IMG/VR virus record: IMGVR_UViG_3300037247_000810
Location: 1-64,000 of that record
Length of the DNA: 64,000 nucleotides
Reading direction: 5' to 3' (one strand)
DNA from: a virus
The translations under genes were made by a program, and so were the position numbers. Under the pieces are notes generated by a model. That model was not told where the DNA came from. It saw only the letters and a program-made list of their open reading frames with translations, and did not search any database. Below are positions 1-10,093 of the stretch, one piece after another. How positions within the stretch are numbered: position 1 is the stretch's first letter; every line of letters begins with the position of its first letter.

Positions 1-22
1 CGGTGCGCTCTTGTAGTCCCAT

Positions 23-490
23 CTAATTACCCTCCCTTCCAACTGCGGCCATTTCGGCCCGATCCCGATTGTTCACGGCAATGAGCGCGCTGAGCCGCTG
101 CTCAAGGGCGCGCTTGATGACACCGAGGTATGCGGCATTGCGCCGGGCCTCGATCATCGCCTCCAATGCCTCCTCATAGTCCGACTCGCGGAGAATGCGG
201 CGCGCGATGACGGGCTCCGTCACCTTCTCATCGTCGTCGCGGGCCTCTCGCCGGAGCCGGTCGTCCGCTTCGGCTTCAATGCGATCCAACCGCCGCTTCT
301 TGGTCAGCAGGATCACATCCGCCTCCTCCGAGAGCACCGACCAGTAAGAGTAGAGCGATGGCTGCTCGGTAAGCTGTTCGATGACGTGCGTCGGATCGAC
401 CTTGAGGGCGGCGTAGGCTTCGTCCAGGTCGAACGGCACGCCATCGACCGTAATCTCGCCCTCGACCGGCAGGTTCTTAGGCGCTGGCAT
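23..490 (-). CDS. UvsY-like recombination mediator (coiled-coil)
   Basis: Helical protein with QPSLYSYW...KVTE..I...DY...ALEQR pattern typical of UvsY-like phage proteins; lies in replication module. Confidence 0.55.
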   Translation of the reverse strand: MPAPKNLPVEGEITVDGVPFDLDEAYAALKVDPTHVIEQLTEQPSLYSYWSVLSEEADVILLTKKRRLDRIEAEADDRLRREARDDDEKVTEPVIARRILRESDYEEALEAMIEARRNAAYLGVIKRALEQRLSALIAVNNRDRAEMAAVGREGN

Positions 491-956
491 CGAAGTCCTC
501 CGGGTCGTCGGCAATCGTGTAGTGATGCGGATTCAGGTGCGCATACTTGTCCCTCAGGCGCTCCACTTCCGGCGTCAGGCGCGCCAAGCACTCCTGGTAG
601 CCGCCCCGGATCATGCGGTCGTCCCGCAGCTTACCAGCCTCGATAGCGTCCACAATAATGGCCAGGCAAGCCAGCGCGTGCGCCAATGGGTGGAGTCCGC
701 TGTCGGGGTCGACGTCGACGCCCTCGAACCAAGCGTCGATGTGCCGCCGAGCGGCGTCGTAGTAGATCGAAGAGCGGACGCCGATGGCCCGATAGTTGGA
801 GCGGCCGTACTGGAGTGCGCCCGATAGCATCCCCATCACGCCGTAAATGGTCGCGGTGTTGGGCCATACGTGCAGCGGCACCTTCCTAGAACCGATGGCG
901 TCCTTCGGGTTCGTCGGCTTCGTCTCCGGGCTGTATGAACAGTTGCCGCAGGTCAA
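477..956 (-). CDS. dATP/dGTP diphosphohydrolase-like protein (DUF5664 type)
   Basis: NPKDAIGSRKVPL, GALQYGRSNYR, YYDAARRHIDAW.EG.D.DPDSGLHPLAHA motifs. Confidence 0.85.
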   Translation of the reverse strand: MTCGNCSYSPETKPTNPKDAIGSRKVPLHVWPNTATIYGVMGMLSGALQYGRSNYRAIGVRSSIYYDAARRHIDAWFEGVDVDPDSGLHPLAHALACLAIIVDAIEAGKLRDDRMIRGGYQECLARLTPEVERLRDKYAHLNPHHYTIADDPEDFDASA

Positions 957-961
957 AACGG

Positions 962-1627
962 CTACCTCCCCGTCAGCAGCGTGATATATTCGGCAATGGA
1001 GTCAACCTCCTCGACCCCATAGGCACCAGCGTTCGTCATATAGTCGGCGTCCGGCTCGTCGGGGTGGAGAAGGAAGAATCGCTGGTTCCAGGGCCGCTGT
1101 AGCAAGAACACCTTCGCCCGGCTCTGGAGCGCGATGCTCGTGACATGGGCCACCGCGTCGTCCAAGTGGAAGCGGATGTCCTTCTCGCGGATGACGCCCG
1201 CCTTGTCCGGCGTCAGGATCACATGGGCCGTGTCGGCGGGCAACGCATTACGGGCGAGCCACGCCAGCGTGATCTCCGTTAGCTCCGCCGTGTGCTGCTC
1301 CCCGAAGCTATGGCCCCCGAAGAAGGAGCGGGCGCTGACCCAGAACAATTCGTAGCCCTGAGCAGCGGCGTGCTGGATGGCACGATGATCCTCCGGCCCC
1401 ACCAAGCAGCCCAGACCGCCGAAAAACTCCTCCAGGTTGTCACTGATGTACTGACGCAGCACCCGGTTGATGGCCTGCATACGCTCCTGCATAAAGGCAT
1501 CCAACGCAGCGGGCTCCAAGCCCACTGGCTGCGTGATCTTACGGATACCGAGCTTCTTCGCGGCCTCGGCGCGGGCGGCGAAGTAGTCCGCGACCACGCC
1601 GTCGATGTCAAGTGAAAAGCGTGCCAT
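962..1627 (-). CDS. HAD-family 5'(3')-deoxyribonucleotidase-like protein
   Basis: LDIDGVVAD motif I, VSAR motif II, K...HLDD motifs III/IV, C-terminal RPWNQ. Confidence 0.8.
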   Translation of the reverse strand: MARFSLDIDGVVADYFAARAEAAKKLGIRKITQPVGLEPAALDAFMQERMQAINRVLRQYISDNLEEFFGGLGCLVGPEDHRAIQHAAAQGYELFWVSARSFFGGHSFGEQHTAELTEITLAWLARNALPADTAHVILTPDKAGVIREKDIRFHLDDAVAHVTSIALQSRAKVFLLQRPWNQRFFLLHPDEPDADYMTNAGAYGVEEVDSIAEYITLLTGR

Positions 1628-1913
1628 CTGGTTTGACCCCCTTCTGCTGGCGGCTGCGTAAGAAGAAACGCCAGCACTTCACTATAATGTTACGGACTCC
1701 CCTCGTTTCAGTCAAGAACCGCTCGGCTTTTCGGCCCGCTTCTTCGGGGTCGTGGGCGGCAATTCGATTGACCCAGCACTGGACGCGGAGCGTTCCCTCG
1801 ACACTCTCCCCCGGCGGGGTGCCGGACGGGTCGTGCTCACAGAGTACATCGAAGAACACGGCCTGGTCAGGGGCGGGATGGAGAATGATGTTTGGGGTGT
1901 CCACGCTTTCCAC
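1608..1913 (-). CDS. hypothetical protein
   Basis: ORF in operon, overlaps next gene. Confidence 0.5.
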   Translation of the reverse strand: MESVDTPNIILHPAPDQAVFFDVLCEHDPSGTPPGESVEGTLRVQCWVNRIAAHDPEEAGRKAERFLTETRGVRNIIVKCWRFFLRSRQQKGVKPDGTLFT

Positions 1914-2069
1914 CTTACAGGGCCTCGCCCTCGCAGGTCAAGGGCTTTCGGGGTATTTCCGGGATGTTGAAGATGTTGATCGGTTGATGGGGGGGCCTAT
2001 ACGCACGTTAGGGGGGAATATCTGGGAAGAGAAGAGTGAGTTATAGATACGAGACCCCCCGCAACATGA

Positions 2070-2402
2070 TCAACAGTGATCAACAATCGAGTAACGTTCG
2101 CGGATAAGAGCACTCCTTGCCGCCACGAGGCCGTTCCGCTTGATCTCCTCATAGACTTCCCAGACCAGTGGCGTGTCCTGGAACCACTCACCGTGGAGGC
2201 GGAGACGGCGGAGGCGTCCGTGGATAAGCCGCTCCATCCAATGTGCCGTCTTGGAGCCGTCAGCCACGATGGTGCCCACAACTGCCAACTTGTAGGGCGA
2301 AGCCACCTGGAGATCACGGAGCCGCGATTTGATCTCACTGGTCGCCCCGATCTTGACCGGCCCGTCCTTCGTTGCCCACTGAACAAAGTATACGACCCAC
2401 AT
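2070..2402 (-). CDS. GIY-YIG superfamily T5orf172/MUG113-like nuclease
   Basis: VYFVQ...VKIG....SRLRDLQVASP...E..IH..L...R..GEWF. Confidence 0.85.
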   Translation of the reverse strand: MWVVYFVQWATKDGPVKIGATSEIKSRLRDLQVASPYKLAVVGTIVADGSKTAHWMERLIHGRLRRLRLHGEWFQDTPLVWEVYEEIKRNGLVAARSALIRERYSIVDHC

Positions 2403-2405
2403 AGC

Positions 2406-4730
2406 TCACTCCGCGAGGATATAGCCCCTCGCCACGTTCTGAACAACCCCCAGTGACTCCATCGCGTCGAGGATAATCTTCAACTGCGGGGTCGGCACGC
2501 GACGGAAGTGCTGTTGGAGATCACGCTTCTTGATGGGCTGCTGCTGGGCGATGTAGTCCTTGATTTGTTCCTGCCATCGCGCCTGCTTTTCTTCGATGAG
2601 TTGGCCCATCAGCCCCCGCGTCACGCTCTCGGCATAGCGGGCCGCCTTCCAACCCAGATCGATGTCTTCTTCAACGATGGTGTTGCGATGGCCCTCAGTC
2701 ATGAGAGCATAAATCAGGGCGAATTTCATAGCGTACTCCGGCACCCGCTCGGTAGCCGCAATCTCCTGCTCGTCGCTGCCCTCACGTCGCCCTTCCATCC
2801 ACGCGAGGTAGTTTTCGTCCCAGACCTCCTCCGCATCCGAGGCCAGGGCAAACTCGACGTTATACGTCTTGCCGTCCTCTCCCGCCACGGCCTCGAAGGC
2901 GTCACGGATGTGCTCAACGACCTTCGCCCACATTTTCGGCGCAGGCGGCCGGGTGCGCGGCAGTGGCTCGACTTGATAACCATCCACGAACAAGATACGG
3001 TTGCCGAAGCCGCTCGTCCACTCGATCTCGTCGAAGTGCTGGCTGAGCTTGCTAAGCGTGCTGTCGGAGAGGATGCTGGTACAGGAGTTGACGAGTACCA
3101 GCGGCCGCTTGCGTGTGCGGAGCCGGATGTCTTTCGGACAGTCGAAGGCGGTGAGCAGGTGCGGGATGAACCCCGCGCCGCCGCCTCCGGCGGTGGCCTT
3201 TGACAGCAGGCGGCAGAACTCGTCCTGGTGGATCAATAGACGGCGCTCCGGCTTGAGCATCAAGTCCTCTTCGTCAAGTTCGTGGCCGTCCGCCGTCTTC
3301 TCCTTCCAACCCATCATCACCTTGACGGCATCGTGCTCGTCCTGGCCCTCGGCGTCGGCGAACACGGCTGCCTCTAGCAGCCCCTCAGCGCTGCCCATTG
3401 CCTGTTCGATGGTCAATCGTGTACCAGGGAGCCGATCAATGTCCTCCTTGTCGTACAGCGCCTCCACAAGTTCGATGGCCCGTGAGTTGGCGGTGGACTT
3501 GAAGCTCGCGGTCGGGCCAATGAGTACGGTGTACTGGTTGGGGTATAGGCGGCGGCTCTGGTAGATGTAAGCGCGGCGGCCGAACACGGCCCCGATCACG
3601 TTCATCAGGGCAAAGAAATGGTACTCGCCGCAGGCGGCGGTGTTCAAGCGCAGCGACTCGCGGTAGTCCTCCCACGGCTGCACCCAACACTCCTTCGGCA
3701 GACCGGCCGGGTCGTGGTTCCGCCGCGTGCGCTCCGCCTGCTTCTTGTCGCGGGCGGGCACATCCTCGGCGGGCCAGACCCGCTTCTCGGTCTGATCTAG
3801 CGCCTGCTCGAAGGCATCCGAGTCACCCTCGACGCGCCGCCACAAGTCGGTCAGGTCGCCGCCTTTGCCCAGGTCTTCGGGTAGTTGAATCGTTGTGACC
3901 GCGAGGCCCGCCTGCGCCAACTCGATAGCCAGCTTTTCGGTCGCGTCCGCGCCGGTCGGGTCAACGTCGTAGATGACATAGACCTCTTTGATGCCTGCCT
4001 CGGTTAGCTTATTGATGGCGCGCTGGTTGGGCATATTGCCCTCGCCCGCCAAGAAGCTAATGGCCGGGAAGCCCGCACGGGTCATGATCCAAACGTCCGG
4101 CGCGCCCGCGCAGACGTACACCAACTTCTCGCGGGGTAGCTTGGGGATAACGCGCTGCAAGTTGTAGACGAGGCTCTGGCTCTTGACGCCGGACTCCGAG
4201 AGCTTTGGCTCCCAATGGTACTTAGGCCGCGAGGTAATGTTCTTGTCGTACCATGCGCCCCGCTTGATCTGTTCATGTCGCTGGCGCTTCTTGAGGCCGT
4301 CGATCTCGTAGTCAATCTCGATGTCGGGGTCGACTTCGGGGTCGTCCACGGGGATGCTGTAGCCGCCCGCGCCCGGCCCGATGCCGAACGTTTCAATGAG
4401 CCAGTCACGGGGCAGCAGCCGTCGCTCGGCCAGATCGCCCACCACATCCTTCGGCCGCTTTCCACGACGGCGGATGCTGGTGCGGTCAAGAATGAAGTCC
4501 TCCAGGCTGTTCAGGTTCGTGACCGCGCTCATGGGCGAGCAGGACGCCATACACTTGACGCCACCCTGTTCGGGGTTCACGCGCAGGGACGGCGTATCGT
4601 CATCATGCCCTGGGCAGTGGATACTGATCCAGCCATCCTCGCTCGGATCGAGGTCACAGCCATCGAGCACGGCGGGACGCAGCGCCAGGATGCTCTCCCA
4701 GACCAGCGGCCAGGGCGGGAGCTTTGCCAA
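2406..4730 (-). CDS. DNA primase (Zn finger + TOPRIM) fused to DUF3987-like P-loop domain
   Basis: CPGHDD..PSL...C...C zinc finger; YDVDPTG and GGDLTD TOPRIM motifs; GPTASFKS P-loop, SAEGL, HQDEF, GFGNR. Confidence 0.8.
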   Translation of the reverse strand: MAKLPPWPLVWESILALRPAVLDGCDLDPSEDGWISIHCPGHDDDTPSLRVNPEQGGVKCMASCSPMSAVTNLNSLEDFILDRTSIRRRGKRPKDVVGDLAERRLLPRDWLIETFGIGPGAGGYSIPVDDPEVDPDIEIDYEIDGLKKRQRHEQIKRGAWYDKNITSRPKYHWEPKLSESGVKSQSLVYNLQRVIPKLPREKLVYVCAGAPDVWIMTRAGFPAISFLAGEGNMPNQRAINKLTEAGIKEVYVIYDVDPTGADATEKLAIELAQAGLAVTTIQLPEDLGKGGDLTDLWRRVEGDSDAFEQALDQTEKRVWPAEDVPARDKKQAERTRRNHDPAGLPKECWVQPWEDYRESLRLNTAACGEYHFFALMNVIGAVFGRRAYIYQSRRLYPNQYTVLIGPTASFKSTANSRAIELVEALYDKEDIDRLPGTRLTIEQAMGSAEGLLEAAVFADAEGQDEHDAVKVMMGWKEKTADGHELDEEDLMLKPERRLLIHQDEFCRLLSKATAGGGGAGFIPHLLTAFDCPKDIRLRTRKRPLVLVNSCTSILSDSTLSKLSQHFDEIEWTSGFGNRILFVDGYQVEPLPRTRPPAPKMWAKVVEHIRDAFEAVAGEDGKTYNVEFALASDAEEVWDENYLAWMEGRREGSDEQEIAATERVPEYAMKFALIYALMTEGHRNTIVEEDIDLGWKAARYAESVTRGLMGQLIEEKQARWQEQIKDYIAQQQPIKKRDLQQHFRRVPTPQLKIILDAMESLGVVQNVARGYILAE

Positions 4731-4922
4731 TTAGTCGGCCTCCTTCAGCGCAGCGCGGGGCCTGTCCCGTGTGTGGTAATTCGTCGCTGGGCAGTCCAGT
4801 ATCTCGTCCTCAAGCGCCTTCACCTCGGCCGCTAGGGCGGTGATGCGCTTGTAGGCAACAGCGTCATAGGGCGGCTGGTATAGATGCTCAGGATGATGGG
4901 GGACTTCCGCACTCGTACCCAT
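4731..4922 (-). CDS. hypothetical protein
   Basis: Coupled small ORF with GAGGAGGAG RBS. Confidence 0.55.
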   Translation of the reverse strand: MGTSAEVPHHPEHLYQPPYDAVAYKRITALAAEVKALEDEILDCPATNYHTRDRPRAALKEAD

Positions 4923-5224
4923 TACTCCTCCTCGTGCTCCTCGCAATCGTCGATGCCTGTGTGGATGCAGACGTGAACATCGTGAGCTACTACGTCCAGG
5001 TCGAGATCGCTACCTTCGGGATTGCCCGTGACGGCCTTGACGATGGCATCCTCCGGCGACTCGGCACGCCGGACGAGGATGGTCAGGCGGGTCTCAACGT
5101 CCACCAGGTACTCGTCGCCCCCGGCGGGATCGTCGTGATCGTCGTCGTGCGGCCTCACTGGGAATTGCTCGATAACCGTAGTGCCGGGCGGCCTTGCTGC
5201 GTCTGCGGTCTGGTTGTGGTTCAT
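4922..5224 (-). CDS. hypothetical acidic protein
   Basis: ATGA-coupled to the methyltransferase gene; GGAGG RBS. Confidence 0.55.
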   Translation of the reverse strand: MNHNQTADAARPPGTTVIEQFPVRPHDDDHDDPAGGDEYLVDVETRLTILVRRAESPEDAIVKAVTGNPEGSDLDLDVVAHDVHVCIHTGIDDCEEHEEE

Positions 5225-6513
5225 GATTTCCTCCCTTTCCCTTTCAAGCGCCGTAGCGCAATTCCACAATACTCTGGACTGAAGTCGATCCCGATGAAGC
5301 CGAAGCCTTCCTTGGTGGCCGCGATCAGCGTTGAGCCGCTACCACAGAACGGGTCGAGCACTACGCCGTTTGGTGGTGTCACTAGGCGGACGAACCATCG
5401 CATCAGAGCAATGGGCTTGACCGTCGGATGATTGTTGCCCTCACCACGCTCCTTCTTCGATACCTTCGCGCGATAGAAGAAGCGGGAAGCGCCACCGAAG
5501 TCCTCGTGCCCCGGCACGCTCTCATAGGGCAGCCCGGCCGCGCCGCCGAATGGCTTCGCGCCGCCCTTCCAACGATTGATCTTACCAGATGACTTACTCT
5601 CGCCGCTCTGCGCGTCGAGTTGTGCGGCCGCTTCCTCGTCTAGCATGACATTGGCGGGCCAGCGGCCTGTGCGTGGTGTGGGATCAATTTGATCCTGGCG
5701 CGCTGTCCGTCCTGATTCCTCCACGGTAGTTTCGCCGGGCCGCTTCGGGAACGCGGAATTCTTCCCGCGACTGTGTGTTGTAATAATCTCATTACCAATC
5801 CGCGTTGCATCAATGTTGAGCGCCCCAGTACCAAATTTGAGCACGTTGGCCGCGACGTTCTTCTCGGTCAGCGGCTTGCGCGCCAGCAGGATTGGTTCGC
5901 AGGCGGGCTTGAGGGCCGTGCCCCAGCCTTCCCATTGCTGCGCCTCCTCGGTCGTCAACTCGACTTGGCCGCCGGTATTGCGGACTTCATCAGGATAGCT
6001 ATCGCCTGCATGATCATATCGACGGCCTACGCCCAGATCGCGGTCGGGTCGACGGGCCTTGCCAGTGGTGCGCAGCTTCTCAACCGCCTGGCCGACATTG
6101 TAGGACTTCGGAAATCCCTGGCCGTGCAGCCAGAGCAGCATCTCGCGTACTTCGAACCCCGCGTCCTCGATGGCGCACCACATTCGATGGTGCGTGCGGG
6201 TGCCGCCAAACACGACCATGTGGCCGCCGGGCTTCAGTACACGCAGGCACGCCTCCCAAGTCTTAGGATTGAAGGCCACGCCCGTCGCATCCCAAGCCAT
6301 ACCCATAAAGCCGCCCGTCTTCGTCCCGTGGCGGCCAGCGGGGCTGTCGGGGTTGTTCGAGCGCCCGCTTCCTTTCCGCGATCCTTGGAGCAGATCGTAG
6401 GGCGGATCGGTGACGATGGTCTCCACGGACTCATCCTCTAGCAACGCGAGGCCGTCCAAGACGTCGCCCTCGATGATGAGGCCGTCCATCTTGTCTAACC
6501 AGTGCTGCTTCAT
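5221..6513 (-). CDS. DNA methyltransferase (N4-C/N6-A, beta class)
   Basis: TDPPY catalytic motif, then HPTVKP and LDPFCGSGST SAM-binding motif. Confidence 0.92.
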   Translation of the reverse strand: MKQHWLDKMDGLIIEGDVLDGLALLEDESVETIVTDPPYDLLQGSRKGSGRSNNPDSPAGRHGTKTGGFMGMAWDATGVAFNPKTWEACLRVLKPGGHMVVFGGTRTHHRMWCAIEDAGFEVREMLLWLHGQGFPKSYNVGQAVEKLRTTGKARRPDRDLGVGRRYDHAGDSYPDEVRNTGGQVELTTEEAQQWEGWGTALKPACEPILLARKPLTEKNVAANVLKFGTGALNIDATRIGNEIITTHSRGKNSAFPKRPGETTVEESGRTARQDQIDPTPRTGRWPANVMLDEEAAAQLDAQSGESKSSGKINRWKGGAKPFGGAAGLPYESVPGHEDFGGASRFFYRAKVSKKERGEGNNHPTVKPIALMRWFVRLVTPPNGVVLDPFCGSGSTLIAATKEGFGFIGIDFSPEYCGIALRRLKGKGRKS

Positions 6514-6614
6514 CGAAGCAGTACCGCGACGATGATGGCAATGACGCAGATCACGTCGATGGCTACGCAAATCGTCATTGCCGTTAGGCACTTGGCAATC
6601 AGATCATAATTCAT
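6510..6614 (-). CDS. 34-aa single-TM peptide
   Basis: MNYDLIAKCLTAMTICVAIDVICVIAIIVAVLLR; ATGA overlaps with both neighbours. Confidence 0.55.
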   Translation of the reverse strand: MNYDLIAKCLTAMTICVAIDVICVIAIIVAVLLR

Positions 6615-7366
6615 CCGTACAACTCTCGCATACGCGGCTCTGCCACCTTGTCAATCAACTTCTTGTCGATGTCGACGCCGATGGCGTTGCGGCTTAGCTT
6701 CAAGGCAGCGACCATCGTAGTGCCGGTGCCTACCATTGGATCAAGAACCACGTCGCCCGGTAGCGTGAATAGCTCGATGTAGTGCTCCGCCTCGGCCTGG
6801 GATTGTGTCCAGCCCTCCGGGTGCTGACTCTTGTCCGGTGGCTCGCTGGTGAGCGTGTCGAAGCGCCACCAGCGCGTGTCGTGCAGGCGGCGGCAGGGAT
6901 GTCGACACTCAGCGAAGTTGGTCTCCCGCACTGGCTTCTCCCGGCCCTTCACCTTGCGCGTCTTGCCGGTGTCCGTGCGGCAGTCCTGCTTGCACTCCGG
7001 CGTACACATAACCTCATACTTGCCCTTGACGAAGATGAGCATGGGCTTCCACCGGCTCTTGACCCGCACGGGCCGCATGAGTGCGTTACCCTTCGGCGTG
7101 TGGAGCGAATCCATCCAAACGAACTTCAGGTGGCCGCCCAACTCCTCGATGACCGTCGGCAGATGGTACTGGCCGCTGTACGACACCAGCAGCCCGCCGT
7201 CCACAAGTACGCGGGCCGCTAGCTTGCTCAGTCCGCACCAGAGATCGAGGTATTGGCCCCCATAAGGCGGATCGGTGAAGATCATGTGTACGCTGTCGTC
7301 GGGGATGTGGTCAGCCGTCAGCTTATTGAAGTCCCCGCGATAGAAGTCGTACCAGGGTTTAGTCAT
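6611..7366 (-). CDS. second DNA methyltransferase (beta class)
   Basis: FTDPPY and VLDPMVGTGTT motifs; Cys-rich insertion. Confidence 0.88.
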   Translation of the reverse strand: MTKPWYDFYRGDFNKLTADHIPDDSVHMIFTDPPYGGQYLDLWCGLSKLAARVLVDGGLLVSYSGQYHLPTVIEELGGHLKFVWMDSLHTPKGNALMRPVRVKSRWKPMLIFVKGKYEVMCTPECKQDCRTDTGKTRKVKGREKPVRETNFAECRHPCRRLHDTRWWRFDTLTSEPPDKSQHPEGWTQSQAEAEHYIELFTLPGDVVLDPMVGTGTTMVAALKLSRNAIGVDIDKKLIDKVAEPRMRELYG

Positions 7367-7994
7367 CGCGCATCTTCGGCAGTGCCACACCACCCTCGTC
7401 TTTCCACTCGCTCACCAGGCGCGGCAGGTGGAATTGGAAGAAGGGGAGCGTGGACGGCTCGTCGGCTCGCCGGTGACGGAAGAACCAGGTGGCGACCTGC
7501 TTCAACGTCTCCAGCGAATACGTGCGCAGCATCTCGTCAATGAGCGCCGTATCCCGGCCCCGACCGCGCTGTGGGCGGGGGTATGGCTCTTCAATATGCC
7601 GCTCGTGTAGCTCACACCAATGGTTGACGAATTCCCAGACCGTGCGCCAGGGCGTCTTAGGTGTACCGACGCGCCTCTCGACTGGCGGCGCGTCGGGATC
7701 GACCTCCGGCACATCGTTCACGGTAATCGTCGGCGGCCGCTCTTCCGCATCAAGCCAGAGGAAGCCGTAGCCCTCTAGCTCCTGGATGACATTGCCGAAG
7801 CGCGTCTTGCTAATGCCCAAGTAGCGGGCGAAGCGGGTGATGCTAACCTCCGTCCCCGCCAGGCGGTCGTCCGCAAGCGCTTCATATACCAGCCCGGCCT
7901 CCCGCGAGACGACATGCTGCCAGTGTTCATGCCAGTGCTCAGGGAGCCGATCTAGCGGCTCGGCGTGTACGATGTTGAAAGTAGTGTCAGGCAT
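7359..7994 (-). CDS. HTH protein, replication initiator/regulator-like
   Basis: SITRFARYLGISKTRFGNVIQELEGYGFL winged-HTH pattern. Confidence 0.55.
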   Translation of the reverse strand: MPDTTFNIVHAEPLDRLPEHWHEHWQHVVSREAGLVYEALADDRLAGTEVSITRFARYLGISKTRFGNVIQELEGYGFLWLDAEERPPTITVNDVPEVDPDAPPVERRVGTPKTPWRTVWEFVNHWCELHERHIEEPYPRPQRGRGRDTALIDEMLRTYSLETLKQVATWFFRHRRADEPSTLPFFQFHLPRLVSEWKDEGGVALPKMRDD

Positions 7995-8136
7995 CTTTCG
8001 GCGGCTCGACCTCGTGCATATCGTCGTAAGTGTTACGCCGTCGGATCAAGGTTCGCGTTGGCCAAATCAGCAACATCAGATGCAGCACAGCATAGCGCGC
8101 GGCCCATTTCATATCGTCCCCCTTCGGCGTTCTTCC

Positions 8137-9720
8137 CTAGCCGGAGCGAACATCACCTGATTCCATCCTATCAAGAAGTTGCTTGGGGGTCAACGTCTCT
8201 TGCGCGAACCCGGCGTCCTGAACCGCTCGAAGGCGCTGCCTGCTGTGCCCAAGTAGATACTTTTCGGAATGGCTATCGAGGAAATCAAACACCGCGAGGT
8301 AGTCCTTGCCCTCGACTACCCGCAGCCCGCGCCCGATGCGCTGGATGACTTTGTGGTGTGCTTTGCCCCCACCGGCCAGGATCAATGCCCCGATCTCTGG
8401 TACATTAACGCCCTCATCGAAAATGGTCGTGGAGATCGCACAACCGAGACGGCCGTCCTGTAGTGCCTCCATAACGGCCAGCCGCTTTTCCGTCGAGTCG
8501 GTGCCAGAGACGAATTCGGCGCGCACCTCGATCTCCCGAAGGGCGCGCCGGATGTTGCGGCCATGTTCTGACCATGTCACCAAGATCAGCGTAGGCACGC
8601 CCCATCCCTCGGCAGTGCCCCGCGCAATCTCCGCGATCAGCCGGTTGCGCTTCGCATGGTCGGCGATGCCGTCGCGGTACACGTCGATATACCGCATCTC
8701 CTCGTCCAGCATGGCTGGGAAGCCCGAATCGACCGTGACTACGAACGGCTCCGTCAGCCAGCCCTCTTCGATGGCCTCCTTTGCCTTGAACGAGTAAAAG
8801 ATTTCGCCCGTGGCTCCAGTGAGCTTCAACTCAGTGATGGGATCGGACTTCGTGGGCGTGGCACTGTACCCGAAGCGCCAGTAAGCGGGGATGGCGTTGA
8901 CCACGGGCCACCACGTCTTGGCCGTGGAGCGGTGGCACTCGTCCAGGTGCAGGGCGTCGAATGTGGCCAACCACTCACGGGTTGCCTCTGGTTCCTCCTC
9001 TAAGCGACGTACAAGCGTTTGATAGAGGGCGGCCGTGATAAGGCCAGGTGAGTCCACATCGTCGCCTACGATACCGTACAGATGCTCTGGGTCAGCATTG
9101 GGGAAGGCGAGACGGGCCGCCTCGCGGTCGGTGCCCTGGAACCGACGGATGGTCTGCCACGCCAAGTCGCGGGAGGCGACGATAATGAGGGAGCGGCACG
9201 CCAGCCGCCGAATCATCTCCGCCATGATCTCTGTCTTGCCCGTGCCGGTCGCCGCGTCGAACACACCGCGTTTGGCCGCCTCGGCGCGATTACAGGCGTC
9301 CTCCTGATAAGGCCGGAGGTCAATGTTGGTCAATTGCCCGCCCGCTAGCTCTGGCTCAGCCAGGGGCGATTGGGAGCGATCCTCGATGTCGACGTCAACG
9401 CCTAGCTCCTGGAGCCGTGTCACGGTGCGGGCCATCAGCCCGCCAGGGAGAGTGCCGCCCTGCCGCTTGTACAGGCTAATGTAGCCATCCCACGTCCCGG
9501 CCTGGAACTTGGGCATGAACGCATAGCCTTCCGGCCGGAACCGAAGGAGCCGGTATGTTGCGTCTGCTACACCGGGATCGCTGGTGTGAAGCTTGGCCCA
9601 GACCTCGTTGTGGGCGAGGCGGGCCGTGGCCCCCGGCTGGGGCAGGATGGGCTTACTGCGCGCGGCGTGCTTCTTAGCGCGCCAGCGTTTGACGCGCCAA
9701 TAGCTGCTCTTACGGGCCAG
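8137..9720 (-). CDS. superfamily II DNA helicase (UvsW-like), probable CTG start
   Basis: LRPYQ, ATGTGKT, LDECH, SATP, FDEGVNVP, QRIGRGLR; frame open upstream to CTG at 9720, which follows AAGGAG. Confidence 0.9.
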   Translation of the reverse strand: MARKSSYWRVKRWRAKKHAARSKPILPQPGATARLAHNEVWAKLHTSDPGVADATYRLLRFRPEGYAFMPKFQAGTWDGYISLYKRQGGTLPGGLMARTVTRLQELGVDVDIEDRSQSPLAEPELAGGQLTNIDLRPYQEDACNRAEAAKRGVFDAATGTGKTEIMAEMIRRLACRSLIIVASRDLAWQTIRRFQGTDREAARLAFPNADPEHLYGIVGDDVDSPGLITAALYQTLVRRLEEEPEATREWLATFDALHLDECHRSTAKTWWPVVNAIPAYWRFGYSATPTKSDPITELKLTGATGEIFYSFKAKEAIEEGWLTEPFVVTVDSGFPAMLDEEMRYIDVYRDGIADHAKRNRLIAEIARGTAEGWGVPTLILVTWSEHGRNIRRALREIEVRAEFVSGTDSTEKRLAVMEALQDGRLGCAISTTIFDEGVNVPEIGALILAGGGKAHHKVIQRIGRGLRVVEGKDYLAVFDFLDSHSEKYLLGHSRQRLRAVQDAGFAQETLTPKQLLDRMESGDVRSG

Positions 9721-9726
9721 GGCTAG

Positions 9727-10062
9727 TTACTCCTTGGCTTCGTCCGTTGGTTCCTCTGTCTTCTTGCCGCTCTTCTTCTCGGCCAGCGCTGCCGTCAACT
9801 GCTCGATGGTCTGCCGGGCGGCTTGAAGCTGCTGGATGAGTTGATTGCACTCCGCCTCAGCGATGGTCTTCGCCACATCGGTCTCGGCGAACCGTTGCTT
9901 GAGGATGGCAATCTCAGCACGGGAGCGCTGCGCTCGGGCCTGGATAGCTGCCTGTTCCTCCGGCATAGCCGGGATGCGCTGCGGGCGCACCGGCACCGGC
10001 TGGAGAAGCGCTGGGGTCTCTGGGGCCTCTGCGCCCTTCTTCTGCTTCGGCTTTTGAGCCAT
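9727..10062 (-). CDS. hypothetical coiled-coil protein
   Basis: GGGAGG RBS; first gene after promoter. Confidence 0.65.
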   Translation of the reverse strand: MAQKPKQKKGAEAPETPALLQPVPVRPQRIPAMPEEQAAIQARAQRSRAEIAILKQRFAETDVAKTIAEAECNQLIQQLQAARQTIEQLTAALAEKKSGKKTEEPTDEAKE

Positions 10063-10093
10063 GTCAACTTTCCTCCCTTCTTGATTCGTGCTC

